DNA from: Tannerellaceae bacterium
Lineage (GTDB): Bacteria; Bacteroidota; Bacteroidia; Bacteroidales; Tannerellaceae
Assembly: GCA_031267775.1 (NCBI GenBank)
Contig: JAIRYL010000186.1
Span: forward strand, 1-44,545
DNA: 44,545 nt
Reading direction: 5' to 3'
The position numbers and the translations under genes were made by a program. The notes under the pieces are model-generated. The model made no database searches and was not told where the DNA came from. It saw only the letters and a program-made list of their open reading frames with translations. Below are positions 1 through 8,946 of this stretch, piece by piece (positions within the stretch are counted from its first letter, which is position 1; each line of letters opens with the position of its first letter).

Positions 1-32
1 CCCCGGCGGGGACAGAAAAACCATTACACAGT

Positions 33-56
33 ATTTATTTCCGAGGCGCCTCCTTA
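33..56 (-). repeat. Single arm of dispersed repeat family GGAGGCGYCT(C)GGAAATAAA
   Basis: 34-53 TTTATTTCCGAGGCGCCTCC (revcomp GGAGGCGCCTCGGAAATAAA) matches the arms at 6913, 6941, 18898 and 19332. Confidence 0.7.
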
Positions 57-113
57 CCTAAATGTAGCGACTTGGCGTAACGAAAGGGGCCGGGTTTTTA
101 CCTAATTGTGGCT

Positions 114-145
114 ATTGATTGGCTTTCTATTTATAAAGACCTTTG
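114..145 (+). promoter_or_regulatory. Putative Bacteroidetes sigma-A promoter of the iron-uptake operon
   Basis: ATTG (114-117), 20-nt spacer, GACCTTTG (138-145); each element is one mismatch from the TTTG-N19-21-TAnnTTTG consensus. Confidence 0.4.
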
Positions 146-184
146 CCAACGTCAAAAAAAAAACATTCTAAATTCATCATTACA

Positions 185-2566
185 TTGAAAACGATAACCT
201 GTAATATCTTTCTTGCGCTTATTTCATGCTTCTTTTCCATTACTGTCCGGGCTCAGGATGGAAGCGCTTTGATTTCGGGCAGGATACTGTCTACTGAAAA
301 AGAAACGGTAGACTTTGCAACCGTCTATCTAAAAGGTACTAATTATGGCGGGACAACCAATCACGAAGGTATTTACCATTTAAAAGCTCCTGCCGGCAGC
401 TATACGCTGGTTGTATCCGCTGTCGGTTACAAGGTAGTGGAGCAGCAGGTAAAACTTGTGGCCGGAGAACGAACGAAACAAAACATAACAATTACTCCGC
501 AAGCTACCGAGCTGGACGAAGTTGTGGTTGTTTCCAATGGAATCAGCCGGCTCAAACGCTCGGCGTTTAACGCTATTGCCATCGACGCCAAATCGTTACA
601 AAATTCTACGCAAAACCTGAGCCAGGTATTGGCGCAGGCTCCGGGTATGAAGCTTCGCGAATCGGGCGGCGCAGGCTCGGATATGCAGTTGATGATGGAC
701 GGATTCAGCGGGAAACATATTAAGATATTTATTGACGGCGTGCCGCAGGAAGGCGTGGGTAATTCTTTCGGGCTGAACAATATACCCGTCAACTATGCCG
801 AGCGTATCGAAGTATATAAAGGCGTAGTGCCGGTGGGGTTTGGCACGGATGCGATTGGCGGGGTTATTAATATTGTTACCAAAAAGAATTTGAACAGATG
901 GTTTTTAGACGCATCTTATTCCTATGGTTCATTTCATACGCATAAGTCTTACATCCATTTTGGACAAACATTCCAAAACGGCTTAACTTACGAGGTTCAT
1001 GCTTTTCAGAATTATTCCGACAATGATTATTACGTGGATACGCCGGTAAAAGATTTTGAAACAGGGGCGATTAACAAGAAAAAAATAGAGCGCATGAAAC
1101 GGTTTCACGATACCTGTCATAACGAAACCGTAGCCGTTAAGGCAGGTGTTGTAAATAAGAAATGGGCCGACCGTTTGATGCTGGGTCTCGTCTACTCGCA
1201 GATGTATAAGGATATACAAACCGGCGTGCGCCAGGAAATTGTATTTGGCGGGAAATACCGGAAGGATCATTCGCTTATGCCGTCGGTAGACTATCGCAAA
1301 CAAGACTTGTTTACAAAAGGATTGGACGCCATACTGACTGCCAATTATAACAGGAATATAACCCATAATGTAGATACGTCTTCTTATGAATATAACTGGC
1401 GCGGCGACCAGCGACTCCTCCGAACGCCCGGCGAGCAGTCGTATCAAAACACCCGTTCGGATAATAATAACTGGAACGGTACTTTTACGGCTAATTACCG
1501 GATTGGCAACGCTCATACGTTTACCCTCAACCATGTGTTAAATTCGTTCAAACGTTCCAACAGGTCGCTCCTGAATAAAAATCCGGAAGCAGACGCTATA
1601 CCCAAGGAAACACGTAAAAACATAAGCGGCCTCTCGTATCGCCTGACGCCTTCGGAGTATTGGAACATGTCTGCATTTGGTAAATACTATCGCCAGTCTG
1701 TCGCCGGTCCCGTCGCCACATCTGCCGCTCAGGATAACTATACGCGCGCCGCCCGGTCTGTCGGCGCCCTGGGATACGGAATGGCGGGTACTTATTTTAT
1801 TATAAAGAGTATGCAGGCCAAGCTTTCTTATGAAAAAGCTTACCGCTTGCCTGCCAACGAAGAAATGTTTGGAGATGAAGATCTTGAATCCGGTGATATT
1901 GCCTTGAAGCCCGAAAACAGCGACAATGTAAACCTCAATTTCAGTTATAACCAACTCTTCGGAAAACATGCCGTATACGTGGAGGGCGGGGTGATCTATC
2001 GAAATACGAAGGATTATATCCAGCGGAATATTACAACCTTGAGCGGCGGCAAATATGGAGCCGCCTACGTAAACCACGGACGTGTGAAAACAAAGGGGTA
2101 TACTGTTTCGGTACGTTATGGCTTTGCGCAGTGGATAAGTATAGGAGGAAACTTTACGCAGATGGACGTTCGCGATAATGTAAAAACCGTTACCAGCGGA
2201 ACAAACCAGGAGAGCCTGACATACGGCGCGCGTATGCCTAACCTGCCTTACCGGTTTGCAAATTCCGACCTGTCTTTTTACTGGCATAACCTGGGGCAAA
2301 AGAGTAATTTGCTGACTGTTACCTGCGATAATTTATACATGCATAACTTCCCGCTCTATTCGGAAGCAGTGGGCAGCGGATCGAGCTTTATAGTTCCCAC
2401 CCAATTTTCGCACAACCTGACCCTTTCATATACCATGCAAAACGGACGCTATAACGTGTCGTTTGAATGTAGAAACTTTACAAACGAAAGTCTTTACGAC
2501 AATTTCAGCTTACAGAAAGCAGGCAGGGCTTTCTACGGAAAGGTAAGGGTTTACTTTGGCAATTGA
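185..2566 (+). CDS. TonB-dependent outer-membrane receptor, iron/siderophore type (XusA-like)
   Basis: N-terminal carboxypeptidase-regulatory-like domain, plug motifs (ELDEVVV, IERIEVYKG, DAIGGVINIVT), C-terminal aromatic beta-strand. TTG185 gives a clean signal peptide MKTITCNIFLALISCFFSITVRA-Q; the ORF is open from TTG143. Confidence 0.9.
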   Translation: MKTITCNIFLALISCFFSITVRAQDGSALISGRILSTEKETVDFATVYLKGTNYGGTTNHEGIYHLKAPAGSYTLVVSAVGYKVVEQQVKLVAGERTKQNITITPQATELDEVVVVSNGISRLKRSAFNAIAIDAKSLQNSTQNLSQVLAQAPGMKLRESGGAGSDMQLMMDGFSGKHIKIFIDGVPQEGVGNSFGLNNIPVNYAERIEVYKGVVPVGFGTDAIGGVINIVTKKNLNRWFLDASYSYGSFHTHKSYIHFGQTFQNGLTYEVHAFQNYSDNDYYVDTPVKDFETGAINKKKIERMKRFHDTCHNETVAVKAGVVNKKWADRLMLGLVYSQMYKDIQTGVRQEIVFGGKYRKDHSLMPSVDYRKQDLFTKGLDAILTANYNRNITHNVDTSSYEYNWRGDQRLLRTPGEQSYQNTRSDNNNWNGTFTANYRIGNAHTFTLNHVLNSFKRSNRSLLNKNPEADAIPKETRKNISGLSYRLTPSEYWNMSAFGKYYRQSVAGPVATSAAQDNYTRAARSVGALGYGMAGTYFIIKSMQAKLSYEKAYRLPANEEMFGDEDLESGDIALKPENSDNVNLNFSYNQLFGKHAVYVEGGVIYRNTKDYIQRNITTLSGGKYGAAYVNHGRVKTKGYTVSVRYGFAQWISIGGNFTQMDVRDNVKTVTSGTNQESLTYGARMPNLPYRFANSDLSFYWHNLGQKSNLLTVTCDNLYMHNFPLYSEAVGSGSSFIVPTQFSHNLTLSYTMQNGRYNVSFECRNFTNESLYDNFSLQKAGRAFYGKVRVYFGN

Positions 2567-2620
2567 TGATACTGTCTTTTTTATAAACAAGTAGTTTTAA
2601 ATATAAATAAATTAAACAAC

Positions 2621-4048
2621 ATGAAAAAAAATTATGTGATGAGAGCGTTTGCCGCTATGCTGGTAGCCGGCTGCATGCTTACCGCTTGCGGAGGAGACGA
2701 CCCCGTAAATAACGGCGGCGGAAACGGCGGGGAAGAACCCAAGGAAGAACCTAAGGAAGATCCTAAGGACGAACCCAAGGAAATTGTTTCCAGCTATGTA
2801 ATAGCCGCCACGGTAGGCAGCGCCGGTTATCTGCTTACAGCCGATACGCTGGCCGAAGGAACCGTATCGGCCAGGAACAACGGGCTTGAAACGGAAAGCG
2901 GAACGTACTGGATTTTCTATCAGGATAAATATTTATATCGGCTGGTATATAATCAGGGAAATGCAGGGGTTAGTTCTTCATACATCCTCAATGAAAAAGG
3001 CGAAGTGGTAGACAGGGATATGCAATACGAAATCAGAAGATTTACTTCCTTCGGCATATATAAAGGCTTTATCATCACTACTTCTACCGGAAGTTTGGGA
3101 ACAGAATTTGCGGACGAAAACGGCTTTGCGCCATTCGGCTTCCAGTTGTCGTACCTGGACGTTGCCAAAGAAACGTTTACGGATAATAAGGATGTGATAT
3201 CTGCCGAGAATTACCTCGACAACGGCGAATATGTAACGCTGGCAGGTATCCTCGAAGCCAATGGCAAGATATACGCCGCTCCCATACCGATGGGCTTGAG
3301 TCATTATGGCGTAAAGGCTAACGGAGGCGCGTATGTAAAATATCCGGAACTGGTAACAACCGAATCGGGCGGAGGCGGCAGCGGCGCTTACACGGCTGGC
3401 GAATTACCCAATACGCAATATCCGAATGAGGCTTGGATGGCTATCTATAACGACGAAACGTTCAGCGCCCCGAAGTTGATTAAGACTGATAAAATAAGTT
3501 ATGCCTGCGGACGCTTCCGTTCACAGTATTACCAGACAACCTGGGCTGCCGGCAACGGCGACGTGTATGTGTTTTCGCCAAGTTATGCCAAGGTAATGAC
3601 GGCGGCGGTGCAACAAACCACCTTGCCTGCCGGAGTGGTACGCATCAAAGCCGGCGCCGCAGACTTTGACCCCGACTATTACTGCAACCTTGAAGAGCAA
3701 ACCGGAGGCGCTTCATTCCTGCGTTGCTGGCACATCTCCGACGATTATTTCCTTCTGGTAATGTACGATAAATCCTTTGCCGAAGGAAACTATGTAGCCT
3801 CCAGGCTGGCCGTCTACAAGGGAGAAGACAGGAAGCTTACCTATGTAACAGGCATGCCTGCCGATATTTCTACGTTTGGAAGCACGCCTTTCTTTGAAAA
3901 CGGTATGGCCTGTATGCCTGTAACAACTGCCGGCGCCCAGCCTGCGCTTTACCTGATTAATCCGGTAACGGCGGTTGCAACCAAAGGGATTACGGTTGAA
4001 TCCGAGTCGATCGGCGCTGCCGGTAAGCTGACTTACAGCGAAAACTAA
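2621..4048 (+). CDS. DUF4374-family surface lipoprotein (XusB-like)
   Basis: Lipobox LTAC followed by a G/E/P/K linker; motifs [50 protein letters not shown] typical of DUF4374; directly follows the TonB receptor. Confidence 0.8.
   Translation: MKKNYVMRAFAAMLVAGCMLTACGGDDPVNNGGGNGGEEPKEEPKEDPKDEPKEIVSSYVIAATVGSAGYLLTADTLAEGTVSARNNGLETESGTYWIFYQDKYLYRLVYNQGNAGVSSSYILNEKGEVVDRDMQYEIRRFTSFGIYKGFIITTSTGSLGTEFADENGFAPFGFQLSYLDVAKETFTDNKDVISAENYLDNGEYVTLAGILEANGKIYAAPIPMGLSHYGVKANGGAYVKYPELVTTESGGGGSGAYTAGELPNTQYPNEAWMAIYNDETFSAPKLIKTDKISYACGRFRSQYYQTTWAAGNGDVYVFSPSYAKVMTAAVQQTTLPAGVVRIKAGAADFDPDYYCNLEEQTGGASFLRCWHISDDYFLLVMYDKSFAEGNYVASRLAVYKGEDRKLTYVTGMPADISTFGSTPFFENGMACMPVTTAGAQPALYLINPVTAVATKGITVESESIGAAGKLTYSEN
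2735..2782 (+). repeat. 12-nt in-frame tandem repeat x4 (EPKE/DPKD linker)
   Basis: GAACCCAAGGAA GAACCTAAGGAA GATCCTAAGGAC GAACCCAAGGAA. Confidence 0.9.
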
Positions 4049-4092
4049 TCCCCTTGCCGGATTCGTTTCCGCATACTATACGAAAAGATTGT

Positions 4093-4923
4093 ATGAGTTG
4101 GATTCATACCCTTTTTATATTCTTCCTCCTGCTTCCGCTACCCATGCGGGGGCAGGAAGATATTTGTATAGGCAAAGCGCTTGTACTGAACTCTGCCGCT
4201 TTACATGAAGAACGAAATTACTGGATACACCTGCCCGAAAACTACCGGCAGGATACGACGCAAACATACCGGGTAATCTACCTGCTTGATGGAGATTCTT
4301 TTTTTCATTCGCTGATTGGTATCGATAAAACGCTGGCTACGGTTAGAGGAAAATATCTTCCCCCCAGTATCATCGTAGGCGTATTGAATACAGACCGTAC
4401 GCGCGACTTTACGCCCGCTCCCTCGGCGTCCGGACGAGACGGCAAAATCCTTCCCGGCTCTATCCCCGAAGGCGGAGGAAGCGAAATGTTCTGCCGTTTC
4501 CTTACCGAAGAGCTTCGCCCCGTTATCGATCGGACGTATCGCACAAACAGGCAAAACATGTTAATCGGACATTCTTATGCAGGGCTTTTCACCGTAAACA
4601 CATTTCTGCGTCATACCGGGCTGTTTGATACGTATCTGGCTGTCGATCCCAGTTTGTGGTGGGATCAGGGAAAACTGTCGGAAGAAGCGTCGGAACTGAT
4701 CAAGGGAAAAGATTTTGCAGGGAAAAGCCTGTATATCGGCGTTTCCGGGAAACGGACAGACCGGGCAGATATCCACCTCGACAAAGTAAATCACCTTCTT
4801 ACAGAGGTATTGCCGCAGGCCGCAAATCTGCGCTTCTTTTACAAATCCTTTCCCCAGGAGAATCACGGAACGGTCGCTATTCCCGGCATATACGATGGTA
4901 TCAAACGATTATTCGGAAAATAA
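4093..4923 (+). CDS. Secreted alpha/beta-hydrolase esterase, IroE/BesA-like
   Basis: GHSYAG nucleophile elbow, YLLDGD, RTRDFTP, PSLWW, ENHGT; signal peptide from ATG4093. Confidence 0.8.
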   Translation: MSWIHTLFIFFLLLPLPMRGQEDICIGKALVLNSAALHEERNYWIHLPENYRQDTTQTYRVIYLLDGDSFFHSLIGIDKTLATVRGKYLPPSIIVGVLNTDRTRDFTPAPSASGRDGKILPGSIPEGGGSEMFCRFLTEELRPVIDRTYRTNRQNMLIGHSYAGLFTVNTFLRHTGLFDTYLAVDPSLWWDQGKLSEEASELIKGKDFAGKSLYIGVSGKRTDRADIHLDKVNHLLTEVLPQAANLRFFYKSFPQENHGTVAIPGIYDGIKRLFGK

Positions 4924-4937
4924 TAAAAAAAAAACAA

Positions 4938-5957
4938 ATGATTAAAATATTAATTGACTTGGCAGACTTTCTGAGATCGTGCGCGCCGCTGCTCACGTCT
5001 CTACTCATACTTGCCGTATTGTGCATTTTATTGTCGAAATCAATAAAAAAGCACGCTACCCTCTATTATTTACTGTTGGCAATACCCTTTGCCCTGGTCG
5101 CCCTTCCTTTTATTGGCAGGATGTTTGGAATTGAAACCGCCGGTTTCGTCAGAATCCCCATCCTCGGAGAAATTATAAGAGACTATATACACATGGCCAC
5201 ATTTGGACATCCTTTACTGATTATTATCATGTATATGGGAGCGTTCAACCCTAAAATACCGGGCGTTAAAAAACTGCTGGCCATACGCAAGGAACTTTCA
5301 ATCATATCGGGTTTCCCGGTCTTGACGCATTCCCTGATCCGTGTCGGCAATCTTCCCAATTCATTCAAATTCTTCTCCGGCAACGCCGAATACATGGCAA
5401 ATACAAAAGCAGCCAGCGAACTGGGCGCAGGAATAAGCAGTTTCAGTTTCATCTTGGGTATTATCATGTTACTGGTATTCATACCTCTTTGGGTTACTTC
5501 ATTTGATTCGGTACGCAAACGTATGGATCACATAAAATGGAAGAAACTCCAGAAGTGGGCCTACGTCCTGTACGCAACCTTATTCATCCATGCGGCAGGG
5601 ATACAAACCGGCGGCTTACTGAATCCAAGGGGCGGACACGCGCCAAGCCCCGTAACAGTCGAAGCTACAGTTACAGAAAATACAAGACCCAACGAACAGA
5701 GAGAAAATGCACGACCCAACGAACAGAGCAAACAAGGCGAAAGGATAAAACCTGATAAAAATACGCAGAGCGTCCAAACGGCAAGACCGGCTACCAACGA
5801 ACGCATGCCGTCCAAAGGATTCTCAGATATCAAAGTAACTGCTCCGCAGAAAGGATACATCCATATCATATCCCTTATCTTAATCTATGGTTCATACCTG
5901 TACCTCCGGTTAAGAAAAACGAAGAAAGACGCAAAAAAGAAAGCCGCTTCCCTATAA
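4938..5957 (+). CDS. Ferric reductase-like (MsrQ-like) transmembrane protein
   Basis: Several TM helices; IRKELSI...HSL, LWVTSFDSVRKRM, WKKLQKWAYVLYATLFIH; ATG4938 follows an A-rich leader (the ORF-track start at 4656 overlaps the esterase). Confidence 0.7.
   Translation: MIKILIDLADFLRSCAPLLTSLLILAVLCILLSKSIKKHATLYYLLLAIPFALVALPFIGRMFGIETAGFVRIPILGEIIRDYIHMATFGHPLLIIIMYMGAFNPKIPGVKKLLAIRKELSIISGFPVLTHSLIRVGNLPNSFKFFSGNAEYMANTKAASELGAGISSFSFILGIIMLLVFIPLWVTSFDSVRKRMDHIKWKKLQKWAYVLYATLFIHAAGIQTGGLLNPRGGHAPSPVTVEATVTENTRPNEQRENARPNEQSKQGERIKPDKNTQSVQTARPATNERMPSKGFSDIKVTAPQKGYIHIISLILIYGSYLYLRLRKTKKDAKKKAASL
5676..5729 (+). repeat. 27-nt in-frame duplication (ENTRPNEQR/ENARPNEQS)
   Basis: GAAAATACAAGACCCAACGAACAGAGA / GAAAATGCACGACCCAACGAACAGAGC. 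Confidence 0.85.
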
Positions 5958-5959
5958 GG

Positions 5960-6101
5960 TAAATGGAGAAAGCAGAAAGCAGAATGGAGAATAAAAATAA
6001 ATCGAACCAAAAAAAATGCACGTCAAACATTCTCCCCATGCAAGAAGACTCTGATCCATTTGCAAATTCTGCCTTCTGCTTTCTGCTTTCTGCTTTCTGC
6101 T
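5960..6101. repeat. Inverted pair of heptamer tandem arrays
   Basis: Left TAAATGG AGAAAGC AGAAAGC AGAATGG AGAATAA (5960-5994); right TTCTGCC (TTCTGCT)4 (6067-6101), complementary to the AGAAAGC units. Confidence 0.85.
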
Positions 6102-6111
6102 TTTTTGTGAA

Positions 6112-6119
6112 TATCTTTG
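6112..6119 (+). promoter_or_regulatory. -7 element upstream of truA
   Basis: TATCTTTG exact TAnnTTTG match, 30 nt before the start codon. Confidence 0.6.
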
Positions 6120-6149
6120 CCGGAGAAAAATTAAAACAAAGGAGTACGT

Positions 6150-6908
6150 TTGAATCGCTATTTTATTTTTTTGGAATATAACGGGAAGAACTATTGCGGA
6201 TGGCAGGTTCAGCCCAATGGCATAACGGTGCAGGAAACTGTTGAACGCGCGTTGGCCACGTTGCTCCGCTCGCCTGTTCCCCTTGTGGGCGCGGGGCGGA
6301 CAGACGCGGGCGTTCATGCGCGCAGGATGGCGGCTCATTTTGACCGGGACGAACCGTTGACCGATCTCTTTTTGCTGGCCGGCAAACTGAATCGCATCCT
6401 GCCGAAAGATATTGCGGTGGACAGGATAGTTCCGGTAAAAAAAGACGCTCATGCCCGCTTTGACGCTTTGTCGCGTACATATATGTACTATATTACGACA
6501 AAGAAAGACCCCTTTATGCACGAATTTGTATATAAGCTGCACGGCGCGCTGGACTTCGACGCCATGAATAAAGCCTGTGAAATTCTGTACGGCTATATTG
6601 ATTTTACTTCTTTCAGCAAGCTGCATACAGACGTAAAAACAAATGATTGCCGCATCTCTTATGCCCGGTGGGAACAGGATGGCGACGTATGGCGTTTTAG
6701 CATAACTGCCGACCGTTTTTTGCGGAATATGGTTCGCGCCATCGTGGGCACGCTGATAGAAACAGGACGCGGCGCCTTATCCATACAGGGATTGAGGGAT
6801 GTTATCGAGGCAAAAGACAGAGGCAGGGCAGGCATGTCTGTGCCGGGACATGCCTTGTTTCTGACAGATATTGCGTACCCCGAAGAATTGTTTACGCCTG
6901 ACGTATAG
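6150..6908 (+). CDS. truA: tRNA pseudouridine(38-40) synthase
   Basis: YCGWQVQP, GAGRTDAGVHA, HARFDA, RFLRNMVRAIVG. Confidence 0.96.
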   Translation: MNRYFIFLEYNGKNYCGWQVQPNGITVQETVERALATLLRSPVPLVGAGRTDAGVHARRMAAHFDRDEPLTDLFLLAGKLNRILPKDIAVDRIVPVKKDAHARFDALSRTYMYYITTKKDPFMHEFVYKLHGALDFDAMNKACEILYGYIDFTSFSKLHTDVKTNDCRISYARWEQDGDVWRFSITADRFLRNMVRAIVGTLIETGRGALSIQGLRDVIEAKDRGRAGMSVPGHALFLTDIAYPEELFTPDV

Positions 6909-6912
6909 ATAG

Positions 6913-6960
6913 GGAGGCGTATGGAAATAAATCTGTATGATTTATTTCGCATACGCCTCC
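6913..6960. repeat. Two-armed palindromic copy of the GGAGGCG..GAAATAAA repeat; probable bidirectional terminator
   Basis: GGAGGCGTATGGAAATAAAT-CTGTATG-ATTTATTTCGCATACGCCTCC, a ~20-bp stem with one bulge between convergent truA and GH29 genes. Confidence 0.8.
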
Positions 6961-6993
6961 TGAAGCGGGATGGCGTCTGTTTGAACGGCCTCT

Positions 6994-8892
6994 TTATTTT
7001 GTGATAATCCCTATTTCGGCAATAACAAACTCGTCTCCTCCCAGCGTGGTTTCAAGCGGGTCGATCCTTATGTATCGGGCTTTGGCGGGCGTATCAAACC
7101 ATACATCCTGCCGGACGGGATTGTTTTTTATATTATTGAATACGGCGTCTTTCTTTACTTGCGTCCACTGTTTGCCGTCTGTGCTGACCGAAAAATGATA
7201 ACGCATAATAGCCGGGTCTGCCGAGCTGTTGGACGGTATATAGGTAAAACCTTTCAGCAGATGATGCTCGTTTAAATCGATTACAATCCCTATCCGTTGC
7301 GGAACATACGAACCTGTAGTAGCGTCGGCGTCTATAATCCGTTTAAAAGCGTCTTCGCCGGCGTCGGGGAATGTAACTGCCCATTTTTCGGGCGATACAT
7401 CAAAAAAAGGATTCGTTTCTTTCCCGGCCTCTCCGGCGTCGAACGTTTCCGGCGCATGATATAGTCCCATGACATTCAATACCGGACAGGCTAAGGATTG
7501 GCGAATGTTCAGCCTTATTTTCTGCGCCGTAGTCGGCGGAAAACGAAGCAGGCGTTTATAGCCAATCGTTGTTCCTTCGGCAAGGACGGTCCATCCCGCC
7601 GTAGACTCGTTCCATACTTCCAGCGCAAATCCGGCCACGCGCTGGCCTAAGGGGATATATTCCTGAATAAGAAAACGGTTGAAGGTTTCCGGCTGTTTCA
7701 GGGTTATTTCAATGGCGGCCGCCAGTACGCCGTCGTCCGTCGCCCAATAGCTGTCGTAGTCGGCGGCAAGCAGGTTGTTTACCGAATAGGCCGGCGCGTT
7801 TCCTCTTGTATGCGTGGCCAGCAAAGAGGCCTCCCGCATCAGGTTGTTTTCAAAACTCCGGTCTATTGCGCGCCTGAATTCCATCAAGCGGGCCGAATCG
7901 GCCGGATGTATGCGGCCTTCCCGGTTGGGCGGCACATTCAGCAGCAAATTAGAATTACGCCCCACGGAGGTATAGTAAACGTCTACCAACTGGTCTACGG
8001 TTTTTACCCGGTCGTCTGTGCGGGGGCTATAGAACCAGCCCGGACGGATAGAAACATCGGTCTCTGCCGGAACCCATGCCTGGCCATCTATGTTTCCTTT
8101 GCTCAGCGTATCGGCGGGAGGCGCTCCCAAGCCCGGCTCAAAGCCGTTTATATGCAGCCGCGACCAGTTTGTTTCTCCCGCCGCGCCTTTTTCGTTTCCC
8201 ATCCAGCGGCAGCCGGGGCCTACGTCGCTAAAGATTACCGCCTGCGGCTGATGCGTATATACGGTGTTGCAGAATAAATCCCAGTCGTATGTCTGCCGTT
8301 TACCTTTGCGAGAGGCGTCGCCGTTTGCGCCGTCGAACCATTGTTCAAACACAGGGCCGTAGCCGGTTAATACTTCCGTCAGGGTATTGGCAAACAACTG
8401 GTTGTACGCCGGCGTGCCATAACTGGGATGATTCCGGTCCCAGGGCGAAAGGTAAACGCCCAACTTCAGTCCATACTCCCGGCAGGCGTCGGCCAGTTCG
8501 CGCAAGACGTCGCCTTTTCCCTCTTTCCAGGCGCTTTCGCGCACGGTGTGCGTGCTGTACCGGCTGGGCCACAGGCAAAAGCCGTCGTGATGTTTAGCCG
8601 TCAGGATGATAGCCTTCATCCCGGCGTCTTGGGCCGTCTTGGCCCATTGCCGGCAATCCAGCCGGGTGGGGTTAAACACGCGGGGGTCTTCTTTTCCGTC
8701 GCCCCACTCTACGTCTGTAAAGGTATTGGGGCCGAAATGGACAAACATATAATACTCCATCTTCTGCCACTCCAGTTGACGAGCCGCAGGCGTAGCGCCG
8801 TAAGGCGCCGGAGGTTGAACGTTGGTAGAACAGGATACCCACAATCCGATCGAAAAAAACAGTAAACCAAGTGATACGAATTTGTTATTCAT
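6994..8892 (-). CDS. GH29 alpha-L-fucosidase lipoprotein with two F5/8-type C (CBM32-like) domains
   Basis: FVHFGPNTF, TAKHHDGFCLWPS, YLSPWD, WFDGA nucleophile, SIRPGWFY, SVGRNSNLLLNVPP; lipobox WVSC. Confidence 0.92.
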   Translation of the reverse strand: MNNKFVSLGLLFFSIGLWVSCSTNVQPPAPYGATPAARQLEWQKMEYYMFVHFGPNTFTDVEWGDGKEDPRVFNPTRLDCRQWAKTAQDAGMKAIILTAKHHDGFCLWPSRYSTHTVRESAWKEGKGDVLRELADACREYGLKLGVYLSPWDRNHPSYGTPAYNQLFANTLTEVLTGYGPVFEQWFDGANGDASRKGKRQTYDWDLFCNTVYTHQPQAVIFSDVGPGCRWMGNEKGAAGETNWSRLHINGFEPGLGAPPADTLSKGNIDGQAWVPAETDVSIRPGWFYSPRTDDRVKTVDQLVDVYYTSVGRNSNLLLNVPPNREGRIHPADSARLMEFRRAIDRSFENNLMREASLLATHTRGNAPAYSVNNLLAADYDSYWATDDGVLAAAIEITLKQPETFNRFLIQEYIPLGQRVAGFALEVWNESTAGWTVLAEGTTIGYKRLLRFPPTTAQKIRLNIRQSLACPVLNVMGLYHAPETFDAGEAGKETNPFFDVSPEKWAVTFPDAGEDAFKRIIDADATTGSYVPQRIGIVIDLNEHHLLKGFTYIPSNSSADPAIMRYHFSVSTDGKQWTQVKKDAVFNNIKNNPVRQDVWFDTPAKARYIRIDPLETTLGGDEFVIAEIGIITK

Positions 8893-8924
8893 TACAGAAA
8901 AGCCTTTAAATTAAACATATCCGG

Positions 8925-8932
8925 CAAAGATA
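8925..8932 (-). promoter_or_regulatory. -7 element upstream of the GH29 gene
   Basis: Minus-strand TATCTTTG 33 nt before the ATG. Confidence 0.55.
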
Positions 8933-8946
8933 GCATTTTTCCCGGT

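Noticed and set aside
143-184. TTG143 as start of the TonB receptor
   Set aside because: It lies within the putative -7 element, and TTG185 gives a more typical signal peptide; not excluded, but disfavoured.
1-184. Cobalamin riboswitch or Fur box upstream of the TonB receptor
   Set aside because: No B12-box or conserved riboswitch core is visible; only a possible half-site (ATTCTAAAT near 165-173), too weak to call.
983-2299. Long minus-strand ORFs (183 and 253 aa)
   Set aside because: Antisense to the TonB receptor; no motifs.
4656-4937. N-terminal extension of the 433-aa ORF
   Set aside because: Overlaps the esterase in another frame; ATG4938 with an A-rich leader is the plausible start.
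5952-6626. 224-aa minus ORF and 72-aa plus ORF (5963-6181)
   Set aside because: Antisense shadow of truA and translations of heptamer repeats (KAESR/FCFLLS patterns), not protein-like.
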